This document shows, piece by piece, positions 26,577-42,764 of a stretch of DNA of 64,000 nt. Below the pieces are notes generated by a model that made no database searches, was not told the origin of the DNA, and worked only from the letters and a program-made list of their open reading frames with translations. The position numbers and the translations under genes are program-made. The stretch comes from Bugula neritina (taxonomy: Eukaryota > Animalia > Bryozoa): the NCBI GenBank assembly GCA_964035545.1, contig OZ037766.1:27883673-27947672 (forward strand), given 5' to 3'. Numbering within the stretch: position 1 is the first letter of the stretch; each line of letters opens with the position of its first letter.

Positions 26577-28069
26577 AATGCTGGGAATATCTTGAAAGCC
26601 TTTACTTATACAGTATTCTAAAACATCATGCAATTTAACCTTTCTTGACTAATCATGCTTTTTATGTTAATACATTCAGTACTAAATTGCTACCTTCTTT
26701 TTTTAAACACTTTTTAACTCTATATATTATATATTACATATAATATTACATGATGACTCTCTATAGCATAAGACTTGCAAAATATCAATTAATTGGTTGC
26801 TTTCAACTTTAAAACCTGCTAAATTTTAAGGTCTTGCTAATACTTTTTCTTTGCATAAATTTTTATTGCTAGCAATACAAATATTTTTAAAATCTAAAAA
26901 TAAATTTCATTTTTCTCATCAAGTCTAGCATATATAGTCTACTCTATTAATAGAAATTAATTAGCTATATATAGTGTTCCAAACATTGAAGGTCACTTAA
27001 CCCAATGATCATGCATTAAAACCTTCTAGTATATACAAAATCTGAGTCAATTATAACTTTTGCACAGAGTTTATCATTTTAGTGATGTTACTATACTAAT
27101 TTGAACCCTGTATAAATTGTTTAATTTGTATAAAAACAGTCATCCAGCTTAATGAAATTGGAAAAATATGTACAGCTATTTATTTGAGCAAAGAAATACT
27201 ATAGGTAGAATGTACAAAACGAATCACTGTTTATTGCTAAAATATTTAGTTGGTAAACTTTTCAATGCATTGCCCTTACTAATAAGTACAAAAACAATGT
27301 TTTATCTATTTTACTTATCACAAATTTTTAATGAGCTTTATTACTTGAAATATTATATAATTATTTAATTGCATAAATTTTGCCTATATATAGCTGGTAA
27401 AAGCTCAGTGTAAATGTAAGAATCTTCGCTTAATAAATTTCAACATGTAAGCATTTTAGATATTTGTTTTGTAAAATTAACAGCTGCACTCAATTATTTA
27501 TGTATCATTATTGAAAAAAACTTATGTATAGAAAATGCAGTTATACAGCAGTTTCGAATAATCATGCTAATACTCATTGAAGACTCAATAAAATTTGCTT
27601 TTACCACAAAAAGTTCTAAAAAGTGTTTTTATGATTTGCAATAAATTTCACAGCATCTTATTTTTGATTCTATTTTTAACTTTGATACTATTAAACAAAA
27701 AATAGTTTCAGGCTGTAAATTATTCTGCTAAAAAACACTGTCCATGAGTTGAAAAGATCAAATAAAGAAAAACTCCATTTGATGCATTGCAATTGAAATA
27801 TAAGCAGTAAAAGCTACAGACATATAACTAGTAACATACTCATAATTTAACCTGTAACATGTTCATAGTATATAATGTATAATTTAATGCATCCCATGCA
27901 ATACTATCAAACAAAGACTATAAATACATATTTATGCATGAAACTCATCTACAAGGTTTGAGTGCATGTATGAAATCTTAGGCTTCATTATTTTTGTAAC
28001 CTGATTGTTTATTATAACACAACTACAAGCATTAAATGTGCATAAGTATATATATAAGGCTATAATATA

Positions 28070-31000
28070 ATCCTTAACTCTCTGTCAAAACTCAATGTTT
28101 TTTCAAATATTTGCAGCGATTTTAGCAAATACTCAGTCAAGAAGGAAGTTAGAGTAGTTGAATTTCCTTGCAAGAAAATCACAATCTTATATTTTTCAGA
28201 AACCATAGTCATGCAAAAAATTCTTGTCTACCATCAAAATCGGTCAGTTTTTCTGAGTTGAAATATGAAAAATTGTCTAATTACATTATCCATAATGCAT
28301 TGCGCTGGGAAAATGTTATTGTGAATTCATCAAAAATTAAGCCCACCTTTTGAATACCTTCTTGAGATCAAAACGTAAAAGTTATTTGTAGTAGGCCTAT
28401 TACAAAACTTGATTGCTCTTGCATGCTTAATAATAATTATGTCACGTTAGCAGTGTAGGACAATTAGAAGACAACTCTAACAAAGTAATACAAGTTGTTA
28501 TTTTATAGTTTGTAACTTTCCAATTGATAACTTTCAAATTGCTAATTATACAAAATGTAATACAACTAATCAAATCTTCTGAAAACAAAAGTTCCAAAAA
28601 CAATCTCAATTGTATCAAGCCTGCCTATTTGTACCTATTTAAACATTTTTCTGGTACGTACATATATAACTAAATTCTTTGCCTATAATACAGTTCCATT
28701 ATAACTATATTACTCTTTAAACTCTGCTCCTGAGAGTTGAGTATAGAACCATAATTTAAAAATCAGAAGTCTGCACAGAAGCAACTTGTGAATTATCATA
28801 ATGTTCATATTTTGTTTACTTTTTTACTTTCAATACTATTATATGGGATAATTAAATAGAATAAAGCTCAAATATTCAGAATCAACGATGTTAAAAAACT
28901 AAAAGATAATTAGAGATCAGCCAAACTTTTAACTTCTTTTGAAACAATTATTTGCAATTCAACTTTATAAACTATTTTAATTTAGCTGTTTAACAAATTT
29001 TTCTAACTATATTGACTCGATTTTTTGTCCAATTGCTTATATAATATTATCAAGGTAAAATACCAACAGAGGGCTAATATAATATTGTGTCATGAGCCAA
29101 GAAGGAAGTTCCATTAAATATTTTATAGAATAACACACACAATCTTATCTCTTTGATAAATCTCAGTCCTACATTTTATCCACCAAGTCAAAGAATTTCT
29201 AACCTTGCTAGATTCTGCCAAAACTTTTGTATTCATAGAAATCATGTCATAAAAGTAAAGGATATAGAATTTCAAACATGCATACGTACATAGATCTAAT
29301 CTTAAGCACCATAAAAAGAGTTTTAGTTATTTTAGTTCCTTCTTGCTTTAACCTGAGTTCTTATAAAATAAAAACAGAAATACATCTTTCAAGCCCACAT
29401 TATCAAACTAACACCAGTGATGGGCTGATAATATTGTGTCTCGAGCCAAGAAGGAAGTTCTATTATATAAATATTTTATATAATAAACCACATAATCTTA
29501 TCTTGTTGATAAATCTCAGTCCTACATTTTATCCACCAAATCAAAAAATTTCTAACCTTGCTAGATTCTGCCAAAACTTTTGTATTCATAGAAATCATTT
29601 TATACAAAGTAAAGGATATAGAATTTTAAGCATGCATACGTACATAGATCTAATTTTAAGCACCATAAAAAGAGTTTTAGTTCTTTTACTTCCTTCTTGC
29701 ATTAACCTGAGTTCTTATAAAATAAAAACAGAAATACATCTTTCAAGCCCACATTATTAAACTAACACCATCTTTTAATTCCTTCACGGGGTTAAAACCT
29801 AGAATTTATATGTAGTAGGCCTATTGCAAAACTTAATTCCTCTTGCATGCTTCACAATAATATAATGTCATGTTAGCAGTGTAGGACAATTAGAAAACAA
29901 CTCTAACAAAGTAACAAAAATTGCTATTTTATGGTTTGTAATTTTCCAATTGATAACTGTTAATTTGCTCACATAGTATAAAATGTATTCAATTAAAACT
30001 CCTAAAAACAATAACTTTAACAACAAACTCAATATTTTATAAGCAAAAATTTGCTTTAGTGTCTCTATTAAAACATTTTTATAGTATGTGCACATGGCTC
30101 ACTTCTATGCCTATTATAATACTGTTTCATCATAAATATATTACTCTTTAAACTCTGCTGCTGAGAGTTGAGTATAAAACCATAATATAATAAATGAGAA
30201 GTCTGCACTGAAATAACTTGTGGATAGTCATATTGTTCATATTTTGTTTACTTTTTTACTTTCAATATTACTATATTATGTGATAATTAAGCAGAATAAA
30301 ATTCATGCAATTAAGTAGTCAAAATCAAAGATGTCAAAAAACTGAAAGATAATTAGAGATCAGCTAAACTTTTAACTTGTTTCGAAACAATTATTTGCAT
30401 TCAACTTTATAAACTATTTCTATTTAGCTGCCTATAACAAATGTTTCTAACTTAAGAATCAAGGTTTTGCTCAATTGCTTCTATAATATATTATCAAGTT
30501 AACATAACCATGGATGGCTGATAATATTGGATCTTAAAACAAGAAGGAAGTTCTATTATATAAATATTTTATAGAATAAATCACACAATGTTATCTCTTA
30601 AATGAATCTCAGTCCTACATTTTATCCACTAATTCAAATGATTTCCAATCTTGCTAAATTTTGTCAAAACTTTTGTATTCAAAGAAATCATGTCATAAAG
30701 TAAAGATTCTGAAATTTCAAACATGCATACGTACATATAGATCTAATCTTAAGTACCATATAAAGAGTTTTAGGTATTTTAGTTCCTTGTTGCTTTAACC
30801 TGAGTTCTTATTGAATAAAAACAAAAGCACATCTTTCAAGCCCAAATTATTAAACTAACACCAGTGATGGGTTGATAATATTGTGTCATGAGCCAAGAAG
30901 GAAGTTCTAATAAATATTTTATAGAATAAATCACACAATACTATCTCTTAGATGAATCTCAGTCCTACATTTTATCCACCATATCAAATGATTTATAATC

Positions 31001-31300
31001 TTGCTATAGGTTCTGCCAACACTTATGTATTCATAGAAATCATGTTATATACAAAGTAAAGGTTATAGAATTTTAAACATGCATACATACATAGATTTAA
31101 TCTTAAGAACCAAACAATGAATTTTAGTTACTTTTGTTCCTTCTTGCTTTAACCTGAGTTCTTACAAAATTAAAAGCATAGACAATACTGCAAGCTTATA
31201 TTCTATAAGAGCTGATAATAATTTGTCAGTCAAAAAAGTTTTACAAAATGTGTCAACCAAAAAGGAAGTTTTAGGTAAGCTAAAAAAATGCTTTACCAAA
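28070..31300 (+). repeat. ~350-bp repeat family, array A (includes a local duplication, ~28385-29080 vs ~29810-30520)
   Basis: The marker (GAGC)CAAGAAGGAAGTTC recurs at ~29094, 29443, 30540 and 30890; units share AATCTCAGTCCTACATTTTATCCACC and TTTAACCTGAGTTCTTA. Boundaries approximate. Confidence 0.85.
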
Positions 31301-31496
31301 ATGTTTTCATTCTTTGACATATCGAGTTTTGACCACCAGGTTCACCAAAAACCATGGAAGCTCGTACGTCTAATTCTGTGAATATCGTCATAAAAATCAA
31401 ATATATATAGAATACAATTTTTTGATCGCCAATAAATTTTGACACTTTAACTCAGAGTCTTGAAATAAATCAGCTGTCAGTTCAAAGTCAAAAACT

Positions 31497-31719
31497 GTGT
31501 GTGTGTGTGTGCGTGCGTGTGTGCGTGTGCGTGTGCGTGTGTGTGTGTGCGTGTGCGCGTGTGCGTGTGTGTGCGTGTGCGTGTGTGCGTGTGCGTGTGC
31601 GTGTGCATGTGTGTGTGTGTGTGTGTGTGCGTGTGTGTGTGTGCGTGTGTATGTATGTGTTTATGTGTGTGTGTGTGTGTGTGCGTGTGTGTATGTGTGT
31701 GTGTGTATGTGTGTATGTG

Positions 31720-31751
<32 letters not shown>

Positions 31752-32466
31752 CGTGTGTGTGTGTGTGCGTGCGTGCGTGTGTGTGTGTGTGCGTGTGTGT
31801 GTGCGTGTGTGTGTGTGTGTGCGTGTGTGCGTGCGTGTGTGTGTGTGTGTGCGTGTGCGTGTGTGTGTGTGTGTGCGTGTGTGTGTGTGTGTGTGCGTGT
31901 GTGCGTGTGTGTGTGCGTGTGTGCGTGTGTGTGTGCGTGTGCGTGTGCGTGTGCGTGTGTGTGCGCGTGTGTGTGTGTGTGTGCGTGTGTGAGTGTGCGT
32001 GTGTGTATGTATGTGTTTATGTGTGTGTGTGTGTGCGTGTGTGTATGTGTGTGTATGTGTGTATGTGTGTGTGCGTGTGTGTGTGTGTGTGTGTGCGTGT
32101 GTGTGTGTGCGTGTGTGTGTGTGCGTGTGTGTGTGCGTGTGTGTGTGTGCGTGTGTGCGTGTGTGCGTGCGTGTGTGTGTGCGTGTGCGTGTGTGTGTGT
32201 GCGCGTGTGTGTGTGTGCGTGTGTGCGTGTGTGTGTGCGTGTGTGCGTGTGTGTGTGCGTGTGCGTGTGTGTGTGCGTGTGCGTGTGTGTGTGCGTGTGT
32301 GTGCGTGCGTGTGTGTGTGCGTGTGTGTGTGTGCGTGTGTGTGTGTGCGTGTGTGTGCGTGTGTGTGTGCGTGTGTGTATGTATGTGTGTATGTGTGTAT
32401 GTGTGTGTGCGTGTGTGTGTGTGTGCGTGCGTGTCTATGTGTGCGTGTGTGTGTGCGTGTGTGTGT
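31497..32466. repeat. Compound (GT)n/(GCGT)n microsatellite, ~970 bp
   Basis: Directly visible; source of the CV/RV ORFs. Confidence 0.97.
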
Positions 32467-32865
32467 TTCCTAGTTAGATGCTATTTTCTATTTTGGTACA
32501 ATATATCTAGTAATATAGCTATATAACTGTTGTATTGATGGTCAAATATAAAATAAGAGTTATTATTAATTATCTGAAACAATATTCTAATTCTCAAAAA
32601 ATTGTGTGGGACAAAAAAACAGTAATACGTTAATAATATAGACATTATCTTTAACGAATACTTATTAAAGAAACGTGTTTTTTAAAAAATAAGTATATAT
32701 TTATAAAAAAATGCAAAATTAAAAAGTAATGCAGATCAAAACAAAAATTTGTTTCAAGATTAAAGGAAATCTAATAATCTAAAATGTATTTAATTGTAGG
32801 CCTAAATATATATATTTCAATATTATTAGAATAAATTGCACATAAAACACATCTACTATATACCA

Positions 32866-32960
32866 CAGTAGTTCTCAACCTAGGGGGGGGGAATTCCCCC
32901 TTCAAAAGGGGAATTTGGACTTTTTAGAGGGGTAATTTAGATTTTGATAAATTCATGCAG
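32866..32960 (+). mobile_element. Probable truncated hAT (Charlie-like) element end
   Basis: CAGTAGTTCTCAACCT matches the common hAT terminus CAGTGGTTCTCAACCT. I found no partner TIR. Confidence 0.4.
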
Positions 32961-34281
32961 TTTGTTGAAGACTTTTTGAGCTCTCGCAAATTACATGTAT
33001 ATAATGTCTATAAAAACCTCATCTTAGTTTATTTATTTACTCAAACTATAATATTATGCAATCCTAGTTTACTTCTATATGAATGTGTTTATTAATTACT
33101 TTACCCTAACTGCTCTCTGTACTATGTCAAATGGATATCAACTATTTTGCAAAAACCAACAGGCCAACTTTTAGCAGCCATGCTTGCAAGTCATTTATAT
33201 AAACTGTATACTACATATCTGGTGAATGTATTTGCTACACTAAACAATCTGAACCTAAAAATGCAGGAGTGCAATCATATTATTGCTTTTCATAGCAGCA
33301 TCAATGTTTTTAAACTTACAATAAAATGGTGGCGTCTATCAAAAACATTGTGTCTTTCCCCACACTCAATGAACTCAATGAAGAACATATTTCGGTTTGA
33401 GGTAAAAACCGCGCACTAGTATTTATGTTTTTAAAACGAAAACCCAAACCTCCAAACCCCACATCCTGAACCTTTAACTCCCACCCGAAATAATCTTCAA
33501 TCCTAATATTGAAAATGTGCCAATTTTACCCAATTTTCTATTTGCAAGCAAAACAAAAGCAAAAGCATAACAAATCTTTTATATTGTTATTAGCTTCGTA
33601 ACAAAATTTATGATGTTTCTGGAACTTTTTAATTGAATTATAATTTAACAGAAACTATTTAAAATAAAAGAATTTTAAAGCTTTAACATTAATTAAATTA
33701 TGCATGTTTTAAGAGGATTGAAGCAGGCTTTAATAAACAGGCTTATTACAAAAAATGTAACTTGCTAAATTTCTTATATATTGGAGATATTGATCTGATT
33801 TGCTTACAAAGTACATAAAACAGGGATATATTTAAAATGTATATACATGTAATTGTTGCTTTGTTTATGAATAAATTATTTTACTAAATGCCTAATGCAC
33901 TGGCGATTTTAAACACACAGAATGATTATTTTCAGATGAATGCTTTATTTTAAGTGCATAGTGATAATCCCTCACTGTTGTTGATTAGATAACAATATGT
34001 AAGAAAAGTTAAAATCATTTTATTATTTTGTGCTCAAAAATAAAAATGAAAAAAATTGCAAGTTGTATAATTTAAGATTGTACAAGTTCAAATTCAAAAT
34101 GTCTTTTCAAGCATTACAAGAGTTTAAATAGCTTCATTTCGAATTCCTATTACCTGTTTTTAAAAAAAGTGCAAACACGTTATTAAAAATTAAAAACATA
34201 TTACGGGTATATGCATGCAATGTGTATTTAAGTTGTAACAGTGAAGTATATATTTGATGATAAGTGAATCCTGGTAACAAA

Positions 34282-35936
34282 TTAATACCACCCCAACTCA
34301 TGCAGAGCAGCGAGTAAATCAAGGTTGTCTCTAATTTGTTGCAACACTCTTTCTGCTTGTTCATAAGCTGCAAAATAGTACTACAAAATTAAAATCAATC
34401 ACTTTACATAGATTTAAAAGCTTGCATACAGTGGAAACTATATTCTCATCACAGTGAAAACATAATTATGCTGTATTTTGGTAGCCTGTCTTTTGGACAG
34501 TATATTTGATTAGTAAATAGTCTTCCTACTCGTGTGTAAACACATTGGTAGCTATAATATTATTGTTTTTTTTGCTATGTGCGTGCTGTACAATCACAAG
34601 CATTATTTAAAAAATTCTATTCAACTAAAGTATTGAATTTATTAAGTAGAGTAATAAATGATGTTTACACTTACTTAGGCAATTTCTAGCTGGTGGATAC
34701 CAAATATAACCGTTACAGCATACAACATTAACGTTTGGGCATTCGCCATCTTCTACAATGTAGTTGTAGTCTAAATAGTACTCTGTTGTTGTCCTGTAAT
34801 AAAAAATAAAGTGTATCAAAAAACTAAAGTATAAATATTCTTTTAGATAGTTTTTTTAAAGAAAAAACTACACAAATTGACTCTATGTAATTTATATTTT
34901 GGTTGTATGCATATGTATGGCACTTGAAAGTTTTTTGACTACTCAGTGTAATTTTCACAGCACAAATACAGCATTTTTTGGCTGATGTATTATTATGACT
35001 TACACTTTTTCATTTCTTTTGGATGTGCACCTCTTCCACCCAAGAAAGCCACATTTAACAGAATTACCTTGTTCAACATACTTGTCAACAATTCTAGCTC
35101 GAACCTGTCAATGAAATATAAATGATGGAGCTGTCTTAGAAATTGATAAATATTGCAAATATGCATACATTTACTATGCATCAAGGCTGCATTCCGAGCT
35201 ATGTGTAGTAAAAAAAAAAATTGTAGAAAATATAAACAAAATGTGACTTACACATTAATTGTCTCTAAAATACTAATTTGTCCAGGTGCAGCAGCTTTCA
35301 TGCTTTATGCTTGGTAAATGATAATACAGGGCATGCAATTAGCAGAACAAACTCACCACTTCTTGTTTTAGATGAACATTAGCAATTGTTTTGTTGCAGC
35401 AGAATTGAGTATTGTTTCTATCTAAATCATTATTGATTATTGATCTTTTTTTTCGAATTTTGCCTTGCAACTGTGCCTAAAAATAAGAATAGTTGAAAGA
35501 TGCAATATAATTTGTATGTGGTTTAGTATTATATGTTGATATGCTACAAAAATTAAATAAAAACAAAAACAAGCAATTTCTTAAAAAAGCTGTGTAATAA
35601 TTTATTTTAAATAAACAAATGAAAAACCAAAATATTGAAATGGCAAAATATTGAAATATTCATTATCTGTTATGTTATACATTGACTACTGATAAAATGT
35701 GCTGTAACAAACAAAACAAAGCTTACCAATGATTTGACGCACTCATTAATAATTTCCTCTGTTTTCTCTTTTGAAAGCAGTGACAAAGCAAAACGAGTTC
35801 CTGCGCTTATGTAATTACCATCTGGTTTTGGTGTAGAAAACCGGCTGATATACCAGCTTCGAGAAAGATACTCTTCTGCATTACCTTGAGCACCAAAGAT
35901 TACTACCAAAGCTAGAGTTATGATTGCCACCTTCAT
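34282..35936 (-). CDS. g5: secreted prepro-protein with EMI-like domain, 211 aa, complete
   Basis: Exons 35936-35727, 35476-35357, 35104-35004, 34793-34675, 34367-34282 (636 nt, TAA stop). MKVAIITLALVVIFGAQG signal, NECVKSL, RKKR-SII, QFCCNKT, KCGFLGWKRCT, CPNVNVVCCNGY; tail TYEQAERVLQQIRDNLDLLAALHELGWY*. Confidence 0.9.
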
Positions 35937-37419
35937 CCTTCTCTGAAAAAGACTAAAAAATGCATAAAATAACTAAGAAGGAATTAAATTTATTGCAATT
36001 ACTATAAAGACATTATCGTAAATAAGAACTCTTCAACACTATTTAGACATAACTATAGGTATAAGACATATACTTACTAATTTTAGTGTAACCTCCCAAC
36101 TTGTCCCCCAAGCAAAAAATGTGTGGTGAATTTTCATTCAATAGTTGCTTTATATATACTCGAAAGTTGCTAAATTTGTGCTTATTGTTCTTTTCAGACT
36201 ATTTTGTATAGGCACAATTGATCAAGCGCATTTGCGCATTTTGGATACTATTATCTGATGGCATTATCTATTGAAATTTATTTGGTTCAAATCAGACATT
36301 AAGCGCTTTTTCTACTTTTTTACAATTTATTATAAAATTTTAGAAATAGGCTAATTGTCTAAATTTAAAGGTAGAATATGGGAATGTCAATTATTATGCA
36401 TTTATCAGAGTTTTCAAGTTGATGAAAACTTTCTAAAATTAATTTAGAAGTCACTATAGTAATAGAGTGAAGGCTAAAAAAGCAGCTTCAAAACATGCAT
36501 TTTGCTTTATTTAAATAGTAGACACTTTCTATGATCATATAAATCATAATAAAACAAAGTAAACAACCTAAACATGCTTCCTTTTGCAAATAATTCTCCA
36601 CATATGTCTGGTTTAAAACTTTCCAGTTTACTATTAGGCCTATAATCATTACAAATTGTTTATTTTTTATATATATTATTTATATATATTTTTATTTCTG
36701 CTGTATATTATTAAGAAATACTGAAATCAATTTATTTATACAAAAATAATTAATTATGAAAATATGTTTAAAAGTTTAATCTGTCTTTTAAATGTAAAAA
36801 ATATTTAAAAAAATGAACGATGAAACAATGTTATAACAAGATAGCGCCTTCTTCCTCAAAGTAGGCTCAACTATTGTAAAAAAGTTTAAATATTGTGGTA
36901 GCTTTTTGATATTTGTATTTCTTTTAACACATCAATATTCTCATTTAATTTTACTTGTAATCTCTTTTTCTTTGAGTAAAACAGTTTTGGACTGAAATCA
37001 GCATATGGGAATGTTAGGCCCTCCAGTAAGATTCCAAAAATTCAAATATTTCCAGACATTCCAAAAATGACTAATCTTTGGCTGAAAATTGGTAGAAGAT
37101 TCTCGAAGGCATGTTTTCCAGAGTATATAAGGAGGCTAACTCGCAGTGTAGTCTCAGTCTAGAGCTAGAGCTCACCGGATAAAGACCTTACTATTACTAC
37201 AATAAAGCTATCCATCATACATTTCAAGAACCTCTCTCATATCTCTAGTAGACTTAAGGAGTTATTTTCTACGTTTATCTTTCCTGAAACAACAAAACTA
37301 CTGCAACTATATGTTTTAGATAAATTAAAGAAAGCAGTAGTCAAGAAAATTTATGTATAGTTATTAGTATTAGTCACTCAACTGAAAAGTTTTGCTGAAA
37401 TGATAAATTGTTTTGCATA

Positions 37420-38870
37420 TATGATCAAACTAAAACTCATGAAGAGTTAATAAAAAGTTGTCAGTCAAGAAAGAAGTTCCAATAAATGTTTACAAATAAA
37501 ACTCACAATCTTAGTATTATGAGAAATTTTCAGACTACACATTTACAATCAATTTAAAAGGTCTCAAACAATGCTAAGTTTTGCATAAGCAATTTCATGA
37601 AAATAGTGCTCTAAAAGTTTAGGAACTTTAAATTGTATTATATAGATTCATTCTTTATATAATTATCATATATGAAATTATTGTGTTTCTTTCTTGCTTT
37701 AACCTAAGTATTTTATAGAAGAAGAAGAGAAATGGATTTTGAAAACCTGTACACTTTAAGGGCTAACAAGAATGTATCAGTCAACAAGGAAGCTTTAACA
37801 AATATTTTATAGAATAAAACACATACTCTTATCTCGTTGATAAATCTTAGTCCTACATTTTATCCACCAAGTCAAATAGTTTCAAACCTTTTGAGGTTTT
37901 GCCAAGACATTTGCATTCATAGAAATCATGCCATACAAAGTATAAAGGCTATAAGAGTTCAAACATGCATATATGTGTAGATCTAATTCTAAGCACTGCA
38001 TATATAAGGAATTTTAGTTGTTTTGGTTCCTTCTTGTTGTAGTCTGAGTTCTTATTGAATAAAAATAGAAATGCATTTGAAAGCTTATATTCATTAGAGA
38101 CTAATCACAAAAGTGTTATGAGCCAAGAAAGAAAGTTCTATTTGATATTTTTATAGAATAAATTCACAATCTTATCTTTTTGATAAATCTCAGTCCTACA
38201 TTTTATCCACCAAATCAAATCATTTCAAACTTTGCGAAGTTCTGTCAAAAATATTTGTATTCATAGAAATCATGTCATACAAAGTAAAGGTTATAGAATT
38301 TGAATCATACATACATAGATCTAATCTTAAGTACCATATAAAGATTCTTAGTTATTTTAGTTCCTTCTTGATTTAACCTGAGTTCTTATAAAATAAAAAC
38401 AGAAATACATCTTTCAAGCCCACATTATCAAACTAACACCAGTGATGGGTTGATAACATTGTGTCATGAGCCAAGAAGGAAGTTCTTTTATATAAATATT
38501 TTATCTCTTTGATGAATCTCAGTGCTAAATTTTATTCACTAATTCAAATGATTTTAAACTTTGCTAAATTTTGCTTAAATAAATTCCTAAAAGTCACGCC
38601 ATACAGAGTTAAAAGATTTTAAACGTGTGTTTATTGATTTATTCTTAAGTACCATACACTGAGTTTTAGTCTTATGTTTTCTTCAATTGCTTCATCCTAG
38701 GTTTTTTATAGCATTAGAAATAGAAATTACATTGCAGTTAATATTCTATCAGTATATATATATATAACATGCCAGCCAAAGAGGAAGTTTTATAAATGAC
38801 GCATTTATAAAATGAATAATAAATCTTCTCTTTTTGATAAGTTTCAGTCCTGCATATTTTTATTACGATT
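37420..38870 (+). repeat. ~350-bp repeat family, array B
   Basis: Same unit as array A; markers at ~37465, 37785, 38120, 38468 and 38775. Confidence 0.85.
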
Positions 38871-39298
38871 ATCAAGGGGTATTTATAGATTCAAGCTATA
38901 AATTACTTCGCTAAAATATGTTAATACACAATCAGAATGGTCAACATATAAACTATCTAAATTAAAAATGTATTCTGCCAAAACCTTTGTCATTATAATT
39001 ATATACTTGATATACACCTTACAGAAACTATTCATTACAACAGCTATAGAATACTAATATATATCTTTATGAAGTGCACAAAGACTATTTCCAAAGTTAG
39101 ACAAAAAAACTTTAATATTCTTAATTATTCAATTTTGTGCTAAGTTATTGTATCATGTTATATATTCTTGTTCTTATGATTTTTAAGATACTATTTATGT
39201 TGATATAATGATTGAAAAATATTAAAATAAATTAAGTTTGAGATGTTTCCTGAGTATACCAATTAATATTTTGGCTTGCTCATATAATTTCAAAGTTA

Positions 39299-39510
39299 AG
39301 GGAGCAGCCGTGGTCTAGGGGTTAGAGCGTTCGCTTTGTGAACACGAAGTTGTGGGTTCAAACCCCGACAAAGGCCATTGGTGATGTTAGGAAGAGCATC
39401 CAGTCATAATTGCTCCTGTGCCTCATTTGAACATGTCCTTAGCCCGTTCTAACAAAAACCCTTTCCATCAGGGGTTTCTCACAGGGATAGCGACTATAAA
39501 CTTGCGTGAG
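39299..39510 (+). mobile_element. tRNA-derived SINE with target-site duplication
   Basis: A-box TGGTCTAGGGG and B-box GGTTCAAACCC, with GTG in the anticodon-like loop and a non-tRNA body GGTGATGTTAGGAAGAGCATCCAG. Flanked by an 18-bp direct repeat CATATAATTT(C/T)AAAGTTA (39281-39298, 39511-39528). Confidence 0.85.
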
Positions 39511-41058
39511 CATATAATTTTAAAGTTACCAAATTGACGTGGGTTCATACATTGGTTTTGCTAACAACACTTCATATTGTAACTTTAGTAGTGTCTATAT
39601 ATATATATATATATTACTACATATATTACTACATATTTATTATTTTTAAATAAATGTAGTACTTCATACACAAAAGTTATGTTACCTTGTTTAGTATAGT
39701 AGTCATGATAATAATATATAGTTAACTTTTCTAAAATATATAATATTCATACCTTTATATTAACTCAAGTCACCGGCAAAATTTTCTACAAGCGGCTTTG
39801 AATCATTATACACCTTATCTAACTTCAATAGGCTGTATTGTGTAATTCTTAACATTTCATTGGACTAAAAATATTTAAAATTAGGACTAGTTGAAAGCTA
39901 GTTCAATTATCTGAACAAGCAGGTAAGAGTATGCAGCAAACTTTTTTATTCTAAAGTGTTCTGCTGAGTGTTTATTATACCTCTTATAAATCACTTAGTT
40001 TTTATAAAAAATGTTTTCAATCATGCAGTTGTGGTTTGGTGTCTAAGCTATAAGAAAACATAAAAAGTAATTGCGTTCAACATATGTAGGGTGCATACCT
40101 AAATATTTGATTTTTGTTTTAATATTATTACTTCAAACATATATATGTTGACAATTTGAATTTGTACAAATTGTTTTATTGAAATTAAGCTTACTTATGA
40201 GTTATGCCGGGACATACCTGAAAAACATAATTCAAAGCATGATCATCAGCAGTTCATCATTTCTGTTAAAATTTTTTTGGAAACGTGTAAAATTATAAAA
40301 AAAATTGACTTCAATATAAATGTACAACAAATCTTTTGTATTAGTTTAATATTGTCTCATCAGATTTTGCTTCTGAAGTGTAAGCCTCACTATACTACAG
40401 AGTTTGCTTGTTTTATAACAGTATAGTATGATATTTATTATTATTAGATTATTAGATTTATAGATGCAGTATAATTATATGGTAAATATGTATTTTTTCA
40501 AATGTTCTGTTTTTTCATAATATTTTTATTTCATATAGAAAAACTAGATTTTACAAACATATAAAGTCACTATCTTATTAGGCTGTTATTTTCAATAACG
40601 AGATAGTAACTAGAGTGGTATAAAATAAAAAATTGACTTAAGAAAAAAGATATAAATCAAATTATTACCTATTATTTGTATCCTTTATTGTTCAAATGAC
40701 CACTCATATAGTACCCCCACCAATTATTTAGATTGCTTTTATTATAAAATATTATATACTATTAAAATAGTTTGTTTGTGCTTTTTTGCTAGAAATGACT
40801 GGAAAATTTTTTTTTATAAAAAACTGTTCTTTTATTAGGTAGGTTTGTAATACAATTTAATTGAAAAAACAAATTTTTATTGCATTTGATTGTTTTAAAA
40901 AGTCAACGTTGCAATAATTAGTTATGTAAATAAAACCTCTATTGAAGTTAGCTTTAAGGCTTTTAAAGTTTAAAAAATACACAATTTCTTTTTAATTGCC
41001 AGAATAATAATCAATTATGCAAAATATAACCTTGTATTTGGTTTGTTTTATTAAAGTC

Positions 41059-42764
<1,706 letters not shown>

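Noticed and set aside
29278-29760. 160-aa ORF with an internal repeat
   Set aside because: Chance read-through of two 350-bp repeat units; other units have stops.
20493-32526. Long Cys/Val/His/Thr-rich ORFs at 20.5-21.1 kb and 31.5-32.5 kb
   Set aside because: Translations of (CA)n/(GT)n microsatellites that lack stops in several frames.
32888-32899. GGGGAATTCCCC NF-kB-like palindrome
   Set aside because: Lies within a probable hAT terminus, downstream of both neighbouring genes; no support for function.
39300-39378. tRNA-His-like gene
   Set aside because: Poor acceptor-stem pairing, followed by a SINE body and flanked by a TSD; called as a SINE.
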